Source: Candidatus Omnitrophota bacterium (GTDB lineage Bacteria > Omnitrophota > Gorgyraeia > Duberdicusellales > 4484-171). From it: a stretch of DNA of 64,000 nucleotides. Position numbers and translations under genes: made by a program. This document shows positions 7,354 through 17,038 of this stretch, piece by piece; within the stretch, counting starts at the first letter, position 1; each line of letters opens with the position of its first letter. The notes below the pieces were generated by a model, which was not told the origin of the DNA, did not search any database, and worked only from the letters and a program-made list of their open reading frames with translations. The DNA lies in the NCBI GenBank assembly GCA_018826075.1, contig JAHKAJ010000024.1, positions 145,694 through 209,693 of the forward strand, in the 5' to 3' direction.

Positions 7354-8400
7354 TCAGGTTTTGGCTAAAAGCAAAAAGGCTTTTTCGGCCACCTGTTCAG
7401 GGGTGATGTTTTGCAAGCAAAGAAAACCTTTTTGACAATTATGGGCAAGACAAACCAAACATCCGGCGTCCCCGTGCAGATAAACCGACGACTTGCCTTG
7501 AGGCATCCAGCGTAACGGCGAAAGACCGGGATCTTTACGCCCAAAAATCGAGATTACCGGCACATTCAAGCTGGCAGCAATATGTACTGGTCCAGAATCG
7601 TTAGAAATAAACAGGGCCGCCCGCTTAAACAAAGCTCCCAGCTCAGGGATATTGAGTTTTCCCCGAAAATCAATAATTTCATTCTCCTTTACCAACCGGT
7701 CAGCAAACCCGCTCTCTTCCTTAGAAGTGACCGCGATCATCGGTAAATCGACCTTTGCTTTAAGGATCTTAACCAACTCCGAAAAATAGTTTTCCGGCCA
7801 GCGTTTCGAAGGGCAAGACGCTGAAGGATGAATAACTATAAATCTAGTATTTTTAGCTATTCCAGCCTGATTAAGCCTTTCATCCACCCCTGTTTGGGCC
7901 TGGGAAGAAACCGGAAAATAAATCTTTTTATCCTCGACTGGTATATTTAAATAGCGCAAAATATCTAAATTATATTCCAACTCATGTTTCTTGCCTTCCT
8001 GTTTGCGATGGGGTATTCGGTCAGTAAGCAGCCAACCCATTTTTTTTATCCAGCCTACCCTTCTGGGTATTCCGGCTAAAAACACAATCAAATGTGCTCG
8101 GTCAGTCGGATGAAGAACAATAGCTAAGTCAAATTTTTTGGTTTTTAAAGCCGCGGCGAATCTTAAAATCCCCCAAAGGCCTTTTTCCCGGATCTGCTTA
8201 TCGCAAACAATGACCTCATCCAAATAAGGATTACCTAAAAGAACATCCTTGGTATAAGGCCGGCAGATAAAAGCGATATGGGCTTTAGGATAAGCCAGCC
8301 GTAAATTTTTTATCACCGGAGTAGAAAGAATAACATCTCCTAAACGGTCAGTCCTGACAATCAATATCCGTTTAAACTGGTTATTCATAACTTTTAACAA
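7354..8400 (-). CDS. GT9 family glycosyltransferase (ADP-heptose:LPS heptosyltransferase, RfaF/WaaF-like), 348 aa.
   Basis: The N-terminus ILIVRTDRLGDVILSTPVIKNL and the spacing of the ...GNPYLDEVI block are typical of heptosyltransferases. The GT-B C-terminal half includes NDSGPVHIAASLNVP. Confidence 0.75.
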   Translation of the reverse strand: MLKVMNNQFKRILIVRTDRLGDVILSTPVIKNLRLAYPKAHIAFICRPYTKDVLLGNPYLDEVIVCDKQIREKGLWGILRFAAALKTKKFDLAIVLHPTDRAHLIVFLAGIPRRVGWIKKMGWLLTDRIPHRKQEGKKHELEYNLDILRYLNIPVEDKKIYFPVSSQAQTGVDERLNQAGIAKNTRFIVIHPSASCPSKRWPENYFSELVKILKAKVDLPMIAVTSKEESGFADRLVKENEIIDFRGKLNIPELGALFKRAALFISNDSGPVHIAASLNVPVISIFGRKDPGLSPLRWMPQGKSSVYLHGDAGCLVCLAHNCQKGFLCLQNITPEQVAEKAFLLLAKT

Positions 8401-9319
8401 GCATGGCTTCGGTAGCCTGTAAAACTTCCCCTGGGTCTATCTTCATATACTCAAGACGAGCCTGGTAATCTTTCTCTTTAAGGTCAGCTTGCAGTATATC
8501 TTTTCTAGTCAAGACCGAAAAATTTTCTGACCAGGGACCATATCGCTTGGGATTGCTTGGCCCGAAAAGGGCGACTATCGGTAGCTGGAGATAACTGCCC
8601 AAGTGCATAATGCTTGAATCAACGCATAAAAGTAAACGGGCATAATTTTTAAGTAAAAAATAAACCTCATCCATCTGAGTCTTTCCCACCAGGTCAACAA
8701 CTCCCGACAACGACAAAATATCCTTATAGAAAACGCGTTCCTCGGTAAGCCCGAGAATGGCCAAACAATACTTTTTACTCAATGGCTCAATAACCCGGCG
8801 CAAGTATTCGTAAGGATACTGTTTAAGACGCTCTTTAGAAGCGCAAGCCACGAATATCGATGGTTTTAAGTTTAGGCTGCGGTATTTTTCTGACTGCTCC
8901 TCGCTTAATAAAAATTGGCTGGCTGATTCAGCCGGCCGGGGGGCGATTTTATCGATCAACTCTAAATATTCATCCTTGATATGTTGGGTTTTAGGCCAAT
9001 AGCGCAAGGATGATGTTTTCCGTTTAACTCCCAGGACAAAAGGAAGCAGAGTATTTTTTAGATCAGCCATTACTGTATATTTCCCCCTTAAACTTAAAGC
9101 AAAATTTAGTTTTTGTTTAAACGACCAGGTTTTATCAAAAACCACTACCTCATCAAGACAATTGTTCTTAAGGAGAAAGTCTTTAGTTTTTGAAGAAACG
9201 ATTGCGGTGATTCTTGCCTGCGGGTAATTTGTTTTCAGGCGGTCCAGGACCGGCAAGCCGATAATCGCATCGCCCAAGTTAGTAGGAAAATTTATCAGGA
9301 TATCTTCAGACATCTTCAA
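8381..9319 (-). CDS. GT9 family glycosyltransferase (heptosyltransferase paralogue), 312 aa.
   Basis: LGDAIIGLPVLDRLK...LDEVVVFDK N-terminal heptosyltransferase signature; the C-terminal block is CVDSSIMHLGSYLQLPIVALFGPSNP. Confidence 0.65.
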   Translation of the reverse strand: MKMSEDILINFPTNLGDAIIGLPVLDRLKTNYPQARITAIVSSKTKDFLLKNNCLDEVVVFDKTWSFKQKLNFALSLRGKYTVMADLKNTLLPFVLGVKRKTSSLRYWPKTQHIKDEYLELIDKIAPRPAESASQFLLSEEQSEKYRSLNLKPSIFVACASKERLKQYPYEYLRRVIEPLSKKYCLAILGLTEERVFYKDILSLSGVVDLVGKTQMDEVYFLLKNYARLLLCVDSSIMHLGSYLQLPIVALFGPSNPKRYGPWSENFSVLTRKDILQADLKEKDYQARLEYMKIDPGEVLQATEAMLVKSYE

Positions 9320-10316
9320 TCCGTTTTTTGATCAGATTTATGACTTCTTCAACAGTAATACTGCTCAGGCAGCGATTATCCCGGCAATCAACCTGATAAC
9401 AGGGTATCGGACAGACTGAATCCTTCTGGATGACTACAACTTTTTCGCCGCGCGGCCCAGTTACTTCTTTAGCGGTCGGCCCGAATAAAACTATAGTTAA
9501 AACTCCTAAACCAGCCGCTAAGTGGGCTGGGCCGGAATCATTGGAAATAAAAATCCGGCTGTTGGTCATCAAAGCGCCAAGCTGTTTAAGGTTGGTGGTT
9601 CCCGAGAAATCATAGGCTTTACCTTCCATCCTGGAAATAACTTCCTGAATGACTTTTTTTTCTTTTTCGGTCCCGATAAAAACAACTGCGGCCTTATATT
9701 GTTTAATTAAAAAATCAGCCAGGCGGCTAAAATTAGCAGCCGGCCAGCGTTTAGGTTGCCAGTTTGCCGAAGGGTTTATCCCAACAATGAAACTGTGGTT
9801 TTGCCTTAAGGGGGCCAACCTCAAGGTTAGCTCATCCTGGACTGACGGCGGTATAAAAAAATCAGGATTTTTTTTATTTATTTCTATGCCTTGAGCCTCA
9901 AATAAGTTTAAATAATAATCCTGGCGGTGAATTGGTAAACTTTCAGGCGAAACCATCTCGGTTAAAACTAAATAATTCTTGAGGCGCCGGTAGCCGATGC
10001 GCGTTTTCATGCCGGCTAAACAACAGATCAAAGCCCTAGTGAATGAACGATGGATAAGAAATACCGTGTCAAAGTTTCTTTTTTTCAAAAACCGGATAAA
10101 TCTCAATTTAGCGATCAGTGACTTTTGTTCACCTTTTTCATCAAAAACAATCACCTCGTCGATGTAAGGATTATCCTGGAAAACCCCCTGGACCCTTAAA
10201 GGAGCCATTACCGCCAAGTAAGCCGAAGGTATTTTATCCTTGATCGCCCGGAAAACCGGCGTAGCCATAAGTGCATCGCCCAGCCAGTTTACGGTCACTA
10301 CTAAAATCCGTTTCAT
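9306..10316 (-). CDS. GT9 family glycosyltransferase (heptosyltransferase I/II-like), 336 aa.
   Basis: MKRILVVTVNWLGDALMATPVFRAIK...IDEVIVFD; the C-terminal block is SNDSGPAHLAAGLGVLTIVLFGPT. Confidence 0.75.
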   Translation of the reverse strand: MKRILVVTVNWLGDALMATPVFRAIKDKIPSAYLAVMAPLRVQGVFQDNPYIDEVIVFDEKGEQKSLIAKLRFIRFLKKRNFDTVFLIHRSFTRALICCLAGMKTRIGYRRLKNYLVLTEMVSPESLPIHRQDYYLNLFEAQGIEINKKNPDFFIPPSVQDELTLRLAPLRQNHSFIVGINPSANWQPKRWPAANFSRLADFLIKQYKAAVVFIGTEKEKKVIQEVISRMEGKAYDFSGTTNLKQLGALMTNSRIFISNDSGPAHLAAGLGVLTIVLFGPTAKEVTGPRGEKVVVIQKDSVCPIPCYQVDCRDNRCLSSITVEEVINLIKKRIEDV

Positions 10317-11081
10317 TTAATAGGGTTTTTTGGGTTTTCGCAAGGCATTATAAAAACCGCTTAGTTTAGCCCAAAGATTTATACCCAGGTCGCGGTTGGT
10401 AATCTTAATTCTTCTTAACGCAAAGCGATCAAGATTTTTGGACAAACCTCTATTGGTAGTACAAGCACAGAGATAGCCAGAAGCCTCCACTTCTTTCAAA
10501 GTTTCCTGATCGTAACCACCCATAGTATAAGACATCGTTTCGACATTCCGGGAAAATAAGTTTTCCAAAACTATTTTTGAGTTTCCGACTTCATAGCTAA
10601 GTTCTCGGCCTTTCAAACCAGGAAGATAAGCTTCAGTTATGGTGTGGGAACCGATGCTGATTTTGGGATTTCTTAGGGCTTGGCTGATTTCGGCTCTGGA
10701 TAAATAACCGGGAGAGTTTAATTTATCCACAATAATAAAAAAAGTAGCCGGAAGATCAAGCTCAGCCAATATCGGGAAAGCTACCAAATTATCGCCATGT
10801 CCGTCATCAAAAGTTAAAACTATAGTTTTTCTGAAAAGCCGGCGGCCGTCTTTTAATGCTTGGCAATAATCCCTGAGACTGATCACTTTATATCGGTGTT
10901 TAGCGATATATTCCATCTGCTTTGAAAAAACTTTCGGGTCAACGGCCACGTAGCTATCGACCCGAGCAGCATCAAGCGAATGATACATTAAGATCGGAGT
11001 TTCATAATTCAGGTTGAGATAAACGTAAAAAGAAAGAAACATGGCTAAAAAAATAACAATCAGGACAAGGATCTTTTTCAT
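10317..11081 (-). CDS. Polysaccharide deacetylase (NodB-homology domain) with an N-terminal membrane anchor, 254 aa.
   Basis: An N-terminal TM helix is present. The TFDDGHGDN motif and a downstream His-containing block are typical of carbohydrate esterase family 4 (CE4). Confidence 0.7.
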   Translation of the reverse strand: MKKILVLIVIFLAMFLSFYVYLNLNYETPILMYHSLDAARVDSYVAVDPKVFSKQMEYIAKHRYKVISLRDYCQALKDGRRLFRKTIVLTFDDGHGDNLVAFPILAELDLPATFFIIVDKLNSPGYLSRAEISQALRNPKISIGSHTITEAYLPGLKGRELSYEVGNSKIVLENLFSRNVETMSYTMGGYDQETLKEVEASGYLCACTTNRGLSKNLDRFALRRIKITNRDLGINLWAKLSGFYNALRKPKKPY

Positions 11082-12151
11082 TCAAGGATCTCCTGGTGTA
11101 CTTTTAAGGTTTCCAAAGCCATTTGAGTCAAGGAAAATTGGAAAACATCTTCGGCGGCAGCAGTAACGATTTTTTCCCGCAGAGAGTCATCAGACATGAC
11201 CTCCTCGATCGCCGCGGCCAAAGCATAGGGTTCATAATTGTAAAATAAAATCCCATTTTCCCGGCTGCGGATGATTTCCGGAATTCCTCCGGTGCAATAA
11301 CCGATAACCGGGACTTTTTTAGCAAAAGCTTCGATTACCGAATAACCAAAACCTTCCTTAGCTGATGGGACTATCAATAAATCGATCAAATCAAGAAACT
11401 GTCCTGGCGGCAATACTAAAAACCGTACCTGCTGGCCCAAATTTTCAGCCGCCAGGAGTTTTTCCAACTTTTCTTTCAGCTTTCCTTCTCCGGAAATTAC
11501 TAGATAAATATTTTTGTAACGGTCCAGGAGTTTTTTCATTGCTTCTACGGCCAGAAAATGGCCCTTTTCCTGAGAAACTCTGCCGAGGATCCCGATCAGA
11601 AAATCTCCGGCTGAAAAACCCTGGTCTTGTTTACGGCATTGGCCGGGAAAAAACTCATCAAGATCGACCCCGTTGTAAACCACCCGGATCTTCTTTTCCG
11701 AAATCCATAGATCCCGAATCAGGTGGCGCCTGACTTTTTTGCTGACCGCGATTGATAAAACTCCTGAAAAGGGAAAAAATCTTCTAAACAGGCCGGGCCG
11801 GTAAAAACCGTGATAAACCGAAAGATAAGGAACTTTTAAAAAACAATAGATCAATCCCCCTAAAAATTGAGTCACCCGGGTGTTACTATGGACAATATCG
11901 ATTTTCTCCTCAAGGATCATTTTCTTAATAAACAAAAAAGAAACCCAAACTTTCATGCTGGCAATTGATTTTGTTTTTATCGGGATAGTTTTATGTACTG
12001 CCCCGGAATTTTCCAGGATTTCTACCCAGTCGCCGCCGCTGGAAGCTACCAAAACCCGATGGCCCTGCTTGATCAATCCCTTGGACAAATTTAAAACATA
12101 GCGGGAAATTCCACCGGGATTCAGATGCGTAGCTAAAATCAATACGTTCAT
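11078..12151 (-). CDS. GT4 (group 1) glycosyltransferase, 357 aa.
   Basis: The N-terminus ILATHLNPGGISRYVLNLSKGL and the C-terminal SAKEGFGYSVIEAFAKKVPVIGYCTGG (the EX7E-like region of GT-B retaining transferases) support this call. Confidence 0.75.
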   Translation of the reverse strand: MNVLILATHLNPGGISRYVLNLSKGLIKQGHRVLVASSGGDWVEILENSGAVHKTIPIKTKSIASMKVWVSFLFIKKMILEEKIDIVHSNTRVTQFLGGLIYCFLKVPYLSVYHGFYRPGLFRRFFPFSGVLSIAVSKKVRRHLIRDLWISEKKIRVVYNGVDLDEFFPGQCRKQDQGFSAGDFLIGILGRVSQEKGHFLAVEAMKKLLDRYKNIYLVISGEGKLKEKLEKLLAAENLGQQVRFLVLPPGQFLDLIDLLIVPSAKEGFGYSVIEAFAKKVPVIGYCTGGIPEIIRSRENGILFYNYEPYALAAAIEEVMSDDSLREKIVTAAAEDVFQFSLTQMALETLKVHQEILE

Positions 12152-14205
12152 TATTTCAATATTTCCTTAATCTTGTTAAAAACTGCCTGAGGGGTTATTT
12201 TTCCCAGACAAAGACTTTGGTCAGAAAACTTACATTTTGGTTTATAACAAAAAGAACAGGGCAGATTTTCGGAAAATACAGTAAGACTAGGGTCAGGAAC
12301 TGTGTGCCGTTTAGGGTCAGTCGGCCCAAAAAGAGCGATCACCTTAAGGCCCAGGCTTTGAGCCAGGTGCAAAGTAGCTGTATCTGGAGTAATAAAAATC
12401 TTAAGTTTAGCTAAAACTCCTGCTATTTCCCCCAGGGCAGTCTTACCGCAAAGATTGATCAGACGCAAACCGGCTGATTTTTCAATCGCTTCAGCCACTA
12501 TCTTCGCTGCCGGTTCACCGATCAGAACGACCTTTGCCTCCGGGAGATTTTTCTGAATCAAATTTACTAAATGTTTTATCTGATCGGGAGACCAGTTTTT
12601 AGAACTCCAGCGGGCAGAAGCCGACAGATTTATTCCGATTAATTCTCCTTGCTCAAGCAGGCCTTTAGCTGGCTCTTTACGTTCCCAAAAAACCAGTTTT
12701 TTCTCGCTGATCCTGACTCCCAACAATTGCAGGATCTTTTCCTGCGAATCGAGTGGTCCTATTTTTCGATCATAGGCAATACTCTTAGTCAAAAGCCTTC
12801 CCCAACGCAGACGATAGCCGAAAGAAAAACGGCTAAAACTCAGGAAAGCTATCAGGTGTGAGCTGCGGTTATTTTGTAAATCAATAATATAATCAAAACT
12901 CGCCCGGCGTAAAGCTTTGGAAATCTTATTAATATTGCCTATTCTCTTATAACCGTCATCCATAGCGACAATTTCGTCAATATACGGGCAATCGCATAAA
13001 AAAGAATAGTATTTCTTTAAAGTCAAAAGGGTGATTTTGGCCTGCGGATACGCCTCACGTAACGCCTTCAAAGAAGGTAAGCTTAAAATAATATCCCCCA
13101 GGGAAGAAAACTTGATCACCAGAATATTTAGACTCTCGATCGTTTCCTGATAAACTTTCTTAGTTAAATCCAAACAGTACTGAAGATTATAGCTCTGCTC
13201 GACTTTGCGACGGGCCTTAAGGGTCAATTCAGTGGCATATTGGGGATTTTTTATTATTTTTAGCATAGCTTCGGCAATGCCGCCAGGATTTTTAGGCTCG
13301 ACCAAAATCCCATCCTTACCGTTTTCGATTATTTCTTTAAAACCTCCGAGATTACTGGCAATCACCGGAACCCCACAGGCAAAGCCTTCGATAGCCACCC
13401 TGCCGAAAGACTCCTCGATCACCGAAGGAGCAACTAAGATCCGGGCATCGCTTAAAACATTCTCCACGTCTTTATGGAAACCGCAAAATTCAACATTGTA
13501 ATTCAGGGAAAAACGCCGAACCATACTTTTTAAATAATCCAAATAACGTAATTTTGACTTGTCGGCTGAACCGATTATTTTCAATTTAAAATAGGGATTA
13601 AACCTTACTACTTTTTTAAACGCCTCAATTAAAAATTCATAACCCTTAGTCGGCGAAATCCGGCCCATACTGACGATCAGATTACTCTCCTGGCGTTTAG
13701 AGTAATCACGAAAAGTAAACTTATCCAAATCCACCCAACGCTGGACAATCCTGATCTTTTTTTCAGGAACTCCAAAACTATCCTTCATGTGCCGAGCCAC
13801 CAGTTTGGAAGGACAAATCACGTATTTACCCCAACCCATGACCTCGCTGGAAAGCGGGCTCTTATAAACTCCGTGGGCAGTAGTGACAAACTGAGTATTC
13901 GTTTTACGGGTTGCAAAAAAACTCAGCCAGGCCGGCACCCGGCTGCGGGCATGGACAATATCGATATTTTCCTTAGCAATAATCGCTTTCAGGCTTTTGA
14001 TATGCAACAAGCTTAAAGGTGACTTACGGTGTACGGCAAGCTGGTAATGCTTGATCCCCAATTTTTCCAATTCTTCAGTAAGCCGGCCGCCGGAACTGAC
14101 TACGATATTTTCAATACCCCGGGATTTAAAAAACTTGACCAAGTCCATAACCCCTCTCTCGGTACCGCCGATATTCATAGCCGGAAGGATCTGCATTACC
14201 CTCAT
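12151..14205 (-). CDS. In-frame two-domain glycosyltransferase: N-terminal GT4 (about 1-355) fused to C-terminal GT9 heptosyltransferase-like (about 360-684).
   Basis: GT4 N-terminus: MRVMQILPAMNIGGTERGVMDL...EESFGRVAIEGFACGVPVIASNLGG. This is followed by ILVIKFSSLGDIILSLPSLKALREAYPQAKITLL and the heptosyltransferase C-terminal block TPDTATLHLAQSLGLKVIALFGPTDP. There is no stop or frameshift between the domains. Confidence 0.75.
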   Translation of the reverse strand: MRVMQILPAMNIGGTERGVMDLVKFFKSRGIENIVVSSGGRLTEELEKLGIKHYQLAVHRKSPLSLLHIKSLKAIIAKENIDIVHARSRVPAWLSFFATRKTNTQFVTTAHGVYKSPLSSEVMGWGKYVICPSKLVARHMKDSFGVPEKKIRIVQRWVDLDKFTFRDYSKRQESNLIVSMGRISPTKGYEFLIEAFKKVVRFNPYFKLKIIGSADKSKLRYLDYLKSMVRRFSLNYNVEFCGFHKDVENVLSDARILVAPSVIEESFGRVAIEGFACGVPVIASNLGGFKEIIENGKDGILVEPKNPGGIAEAMLKIIKNPQYATELTLKARRKVEQSYNLQYCLDLTKKVYQETIESLNILVIKFSSLGDIILSLPSLKALREAYPQAKITLLTLKKYYSFLCDCPYIDEIVAMDDGYKRIGNINKISKALRRASFDYIIDLQNNRSSHLIAFLSFSRFSFGYRLRWGRLLTKSIAYDRKIGPLDSQEKILQLLGVRISEKKLVFWERKEPAKGLLEQGELIGINLSASARWSSKNWSPDQIKHLVNLIQKNLPEAKVVLIGEPAAKIVAEAIEKSAGLRLINLCGKTALGEIAGVLAKLKIFITPDTATLHLAQSLGLKVIALFGPTDPKRHTVPDPSLTVFSENLPCSFCYKPKCKFSDQSLCLGKITPQAVFNKIKEILK

Positions 14206-14207
14206 AG

Positions 14208-16013
14208 TTAAATTAGCTCCTCTATGGCTTTACCAACCTTTTCTTTATTCTTAGCAAAAATCTGGCAAGAACGTAAAACGATCGACTCAAAATCATAGGG
14301 TTTTTCTAAAAAACTGACTTCATTGCCTATCGATTCAAGAAATACCTTATGTTTGTCGCCTTCCTGGCCTAAGCTGACACAAACTGTCGATGGATTAATG
14401 GCTATACTTTCGGAAATCATCGAAATGCTGTCAGTGGTAATAAAAGCTACTTCAGCCAAAGCCACAAACCCTTCAAAAACAAAATCAAAATTTTGCCGGT
14501 TGGCCAAAACACAAGCTGCAGTTTGCTTAAAATCCTTAAGTTCTTTTTCGATCAACTTCTCGGCCGCAGGCGGCGTGCGCCGCGAGCTGCTCAAGAGTAT
14601 TTGATAATTATTTTTTTCGGCAAAGTCTTTTACTTTGGAAATAAAAACTTTTAGGTTTTCAAAAAATTCCTGTTTATTCAGTAATGGCCCGCCGATAAAA
14701 AATGAAATCTTTTTACCTTCGGGCAGGCCGAAAAGATCTTTGCATTGGCTTATTTTTTCTTCCAAATTTTCCGGATAACAAAGAGCACCTTTGATCGCGA
14801 CAGCCCGGGGCCCGGGAATCCGGTCATGTTCAGGAATAACCGCTAAGTCAAATTTTCGCAACGGTACATTCGGCCGTAAGATAACCACTGATTTTGCGCC
14901 CAAATAAGAAGCCAATAATTTATTTGCCGGTGCGGCAATGCTGCCGGCACTGATCACTAAATCAGCACAAACGCTATCCAGAGCCCGCCAGGTTTTCTTA
15001 TCTACCACCCAGGAAAGCAGTCTTCCTGAAAATAAACAGTGACGGCTAACGCAGGTTGCAAAAAGGTCAGCCAAAAAACGGTGGAATTGACTACGATATC
15101 TGATTTCGATGGTCCGGCTGCGGATCAGCTTCTTTCTTTCCGACAATAACCGCAACAGCGAACGCGATTGTTTAAAGTGGCCGAGTTTTCGATCGGTCAG
15201 GATCACGATATCACGGTTCAATTTACGTTTAAAACGTTTGTAATACCAAAAATATTCCCAGGGATACTTCCTTAAATAATCTTCGTAAATCTTATTCAAC
15301 GACTGAAGGATCTCTTCGTCGCTCTTTCCCGAAGGGTCTATCGGCTTTCCGATCTCGCTGACGTGATGAGTCAGGTTTTTCCGGTAACAAAAATCCGGAT
15401 ATATTTTTTTATTGAATTTTTTTGCCAGGTAGACCGAACCGCGCGGAGTAGGGACTAAATGCGAGAAAAACTCGACTACTGGTGCGTCTTTTTCAGCGCC
15501 ATGATCGATGACTATGCCGATCAAGTGATCGTTCTTTAAATAACGGATCAACTCCTTGATCGAAAAAACCACATTGATCTTTCCCTCGACCCTCACTTCG
15601 TTTAAAAACCGGTCGAGTTCCTTGTTTTTCTGTTCCTTGGCGAAAATAGCAAAAGTCCGGCGATGGGCAAAAAGAGATATCGCAGTTTCCCAATTACCGG
15701 CATGGATCCCGACAAAAATCCCGCCGTCGGGAGTGATGTTTTCTTCCCCCTTGATAGTCACAAAGGGATAGATCCTCGGTGCGATAAGGTTTTCAATGAC
15801 ATCCAAAACCAGGTAATGGAAACTTCGCTTCAAAATAGCGTGCAGTTCCTGATAAGACTTTTCAGGAAAAGCCAGCTTAATGTTGCGGAAAGCCACCCGG
15901 CGCTTACGGCGATGATAATAAAAAATCAGCCCGATAAACTTTGCCAAAGCATAGATGACCCAAAAAGGAGCTTTAAGCAACATTCGCTGAAGTAACTTAC
16001 AAAAATTATACAT
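14208..16013 (-). CDS. Lipid A secondary acyltransferase (LpxL/LpxM family, about 1-260) fused to a roughly 330-aa C-terminal domain resembling DUF1022 / ELM1-like (predicted GT-B-like).
   Basis: The N-terminus has a TM helix plus an HX4E-type acyltransferase motif (GIHAGNWE). The C-terminal domain begins DIVILTDRKLGHFKQSRSLL, reminiscent of the [IV]L[ST]D.[KR].GH..Q start of bacterial ELM1/DUF1022 proteins. The domain assignment is from memory, without a database search. Confidence 0.5.
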   Translation of the reverse strand: MYNFCKLLQRMLLKAPFWVIYALAKFIGLIFYYHRRKRRVAFRNIKLAFPEKSYQELHAILKRSFHYLVLDVIENLIAPRIYPFVTIKGEENITPDGGIFVGIHAGNWETAISLFAHRRTFAIFAKEQKNKELDRFLNEVRVEGKINVVFSIKELIRYLKNDHLIGIVIDHGAEKDAPVVEFFSHLVPTPRGSVYLAKKFNKKIYPDFCYRKNLTHHVSEIGKPIDPSGKSDEEILQSLNKIYEDYLRKYPWEYFWYYKRFKRKLNRDIVILTDRKLGHFKQSRSLLRLLSERKKLIRSRTIEIRYRSQFHRFLADLFATCVSRHCLFSGRLLSWVVDKKTWRALDSVCADLVISAGSIAAPANKLLASYLGAKSVVILRPNVPLRKFDLAVIPEHDRIPGPRAVAIKGALCYPENLEEKISQCKDLFGLPEGKKISFFIGGPLLNKQEFFENLKVFISKVKDFAEKNNYQILLSSSRRTPPAAEKLIEKELKDFKQTAACVLANRQNFDFVFEGFVALAEVAFITTDSISMISESIAINPSTVCVSLGQEGDKHKVFLESIGNEVSFLEKPYDFESIVLRSCQIFAKNKEKVGKAIEELI

Positions 16014-16018
16014 CGTAG

Positions 16019-17038
16019 TTATAGTTTTCCGGCTAACTTAGTTTGTAAAACTTCAATAAAGCCTTTACTATTTTCGATCTCGACAGTTATTTCCATGACT
16101 ATGATATTCAAACGTTTTTCTCCTAAAGGAAAATGATATTTGTCTTTAGCGGTAATTATCAGATCGGAAATCCCCGCTGACAACAATCCATCCTCTAACT
16201 TAAGGTATTCGGCAGCCTTCAACTGGTAATGATCAGGGTAGACGATTTTACGGGAAATATCCAGCCCAGATTGCTGCAACTTGTTGAAAAATCCCTCCGG
16301 GTATCCGATGGCGGTAAAAGCAGCTGTTTCTTTACCCTTAAGCCAGTTTAGGTCAACCGGGTTGGCCGCTAAATCAAAAAACCCTTTAACTTGATAACCG
16401 GAAAAAAACAACCGACTTTGCGGTGAAAACTTATTGATCAAGTCCGAAATCTGCGCCCGGTCGAAGAGCTCATCAGAGTAGTTGACTACGATGATGTCGG
16501 CTCGCTTAAGCGAACTTAAAGGTTCCCGAAAAATCCAAGCCGGTATCAGCCGGGGTTTATTCCTAAATTCACGCGCGCCCATGACCACCAAATCAACGGT
16601 CCTCTTTAAACGGCGGTATTGAAATCCATCGTCAAGAATAAACAATTCAAAATCAGAGTCCAGTTTCCTGGCTAAGCCCAAACGGTCAGGCGAAGAAAAA
16701 ACTTTAGAACCGGCCTCTAGGAGCAGTTTTCCTTCATCTTCACCGTAACCCCGCCGCAAAATCGCGGTTTTAAACTGTTGGCAAAATTGCTCTCTTAACC
16801 AGATGACTAAAGAAGTCTTTCCCGAACCGGCCCAGGAAATATTGCCCACACTGATAACTTTACTTTGAGCCCACCAGGACGGAAAGATTCCCCAATCGTA
16901 AAAAAAGTTGCGCAAGTAAACTGCCAGCCAGTAAAGCCCGGAAAGAAGACAAAGAAAACCGTAGGCGATCCGCCGGGGAAGATTTCTTGGATTGGCTTCC
17001 AGTAAGTTAAGATAGCTCTGTTTTATTCTAAGCATCAT
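16019..17038 (-). CDS. lpxK: Tetraacyldisaccharide 4'-kinase.
   Basis: An N-terminal TM helix is present, with the P-loop VGNISWAGSGKT and a size of 339 aa. It lies between waaA and lpxL as in many lipid A clusters. Confidence 0.8.
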   Translation of the reverse strand: MMLRIKQSYLNLLEANPRNLPRRIAYGFLCLLSGLYWLAVYLRNFFYDWGIFPSWWAQSKVISVGNISWAGSGKTSLVIWLREQFCQQFKTAILRRGYGEDEGKLLLEAGSKVFSSPDRLGLARKLDSDFELFILDDGFQYRRLKRTVDLVVMGAREFRNKPRLIPAWIFREPLSSLKRADIIVVNYSDELFDRAQISDLINKFSPQSRLFFSGYQVKGFFDLAANPVDLNWLKGKETAAFTAIGYPEGFFNKLQQSGLDISRKIVYPDHYQLKAAEYLKLEDGLLSAGISDLIITAKDKYHFPLGEKRLNIIVMEITVEIENSKGFIEVLQTKLAGKL

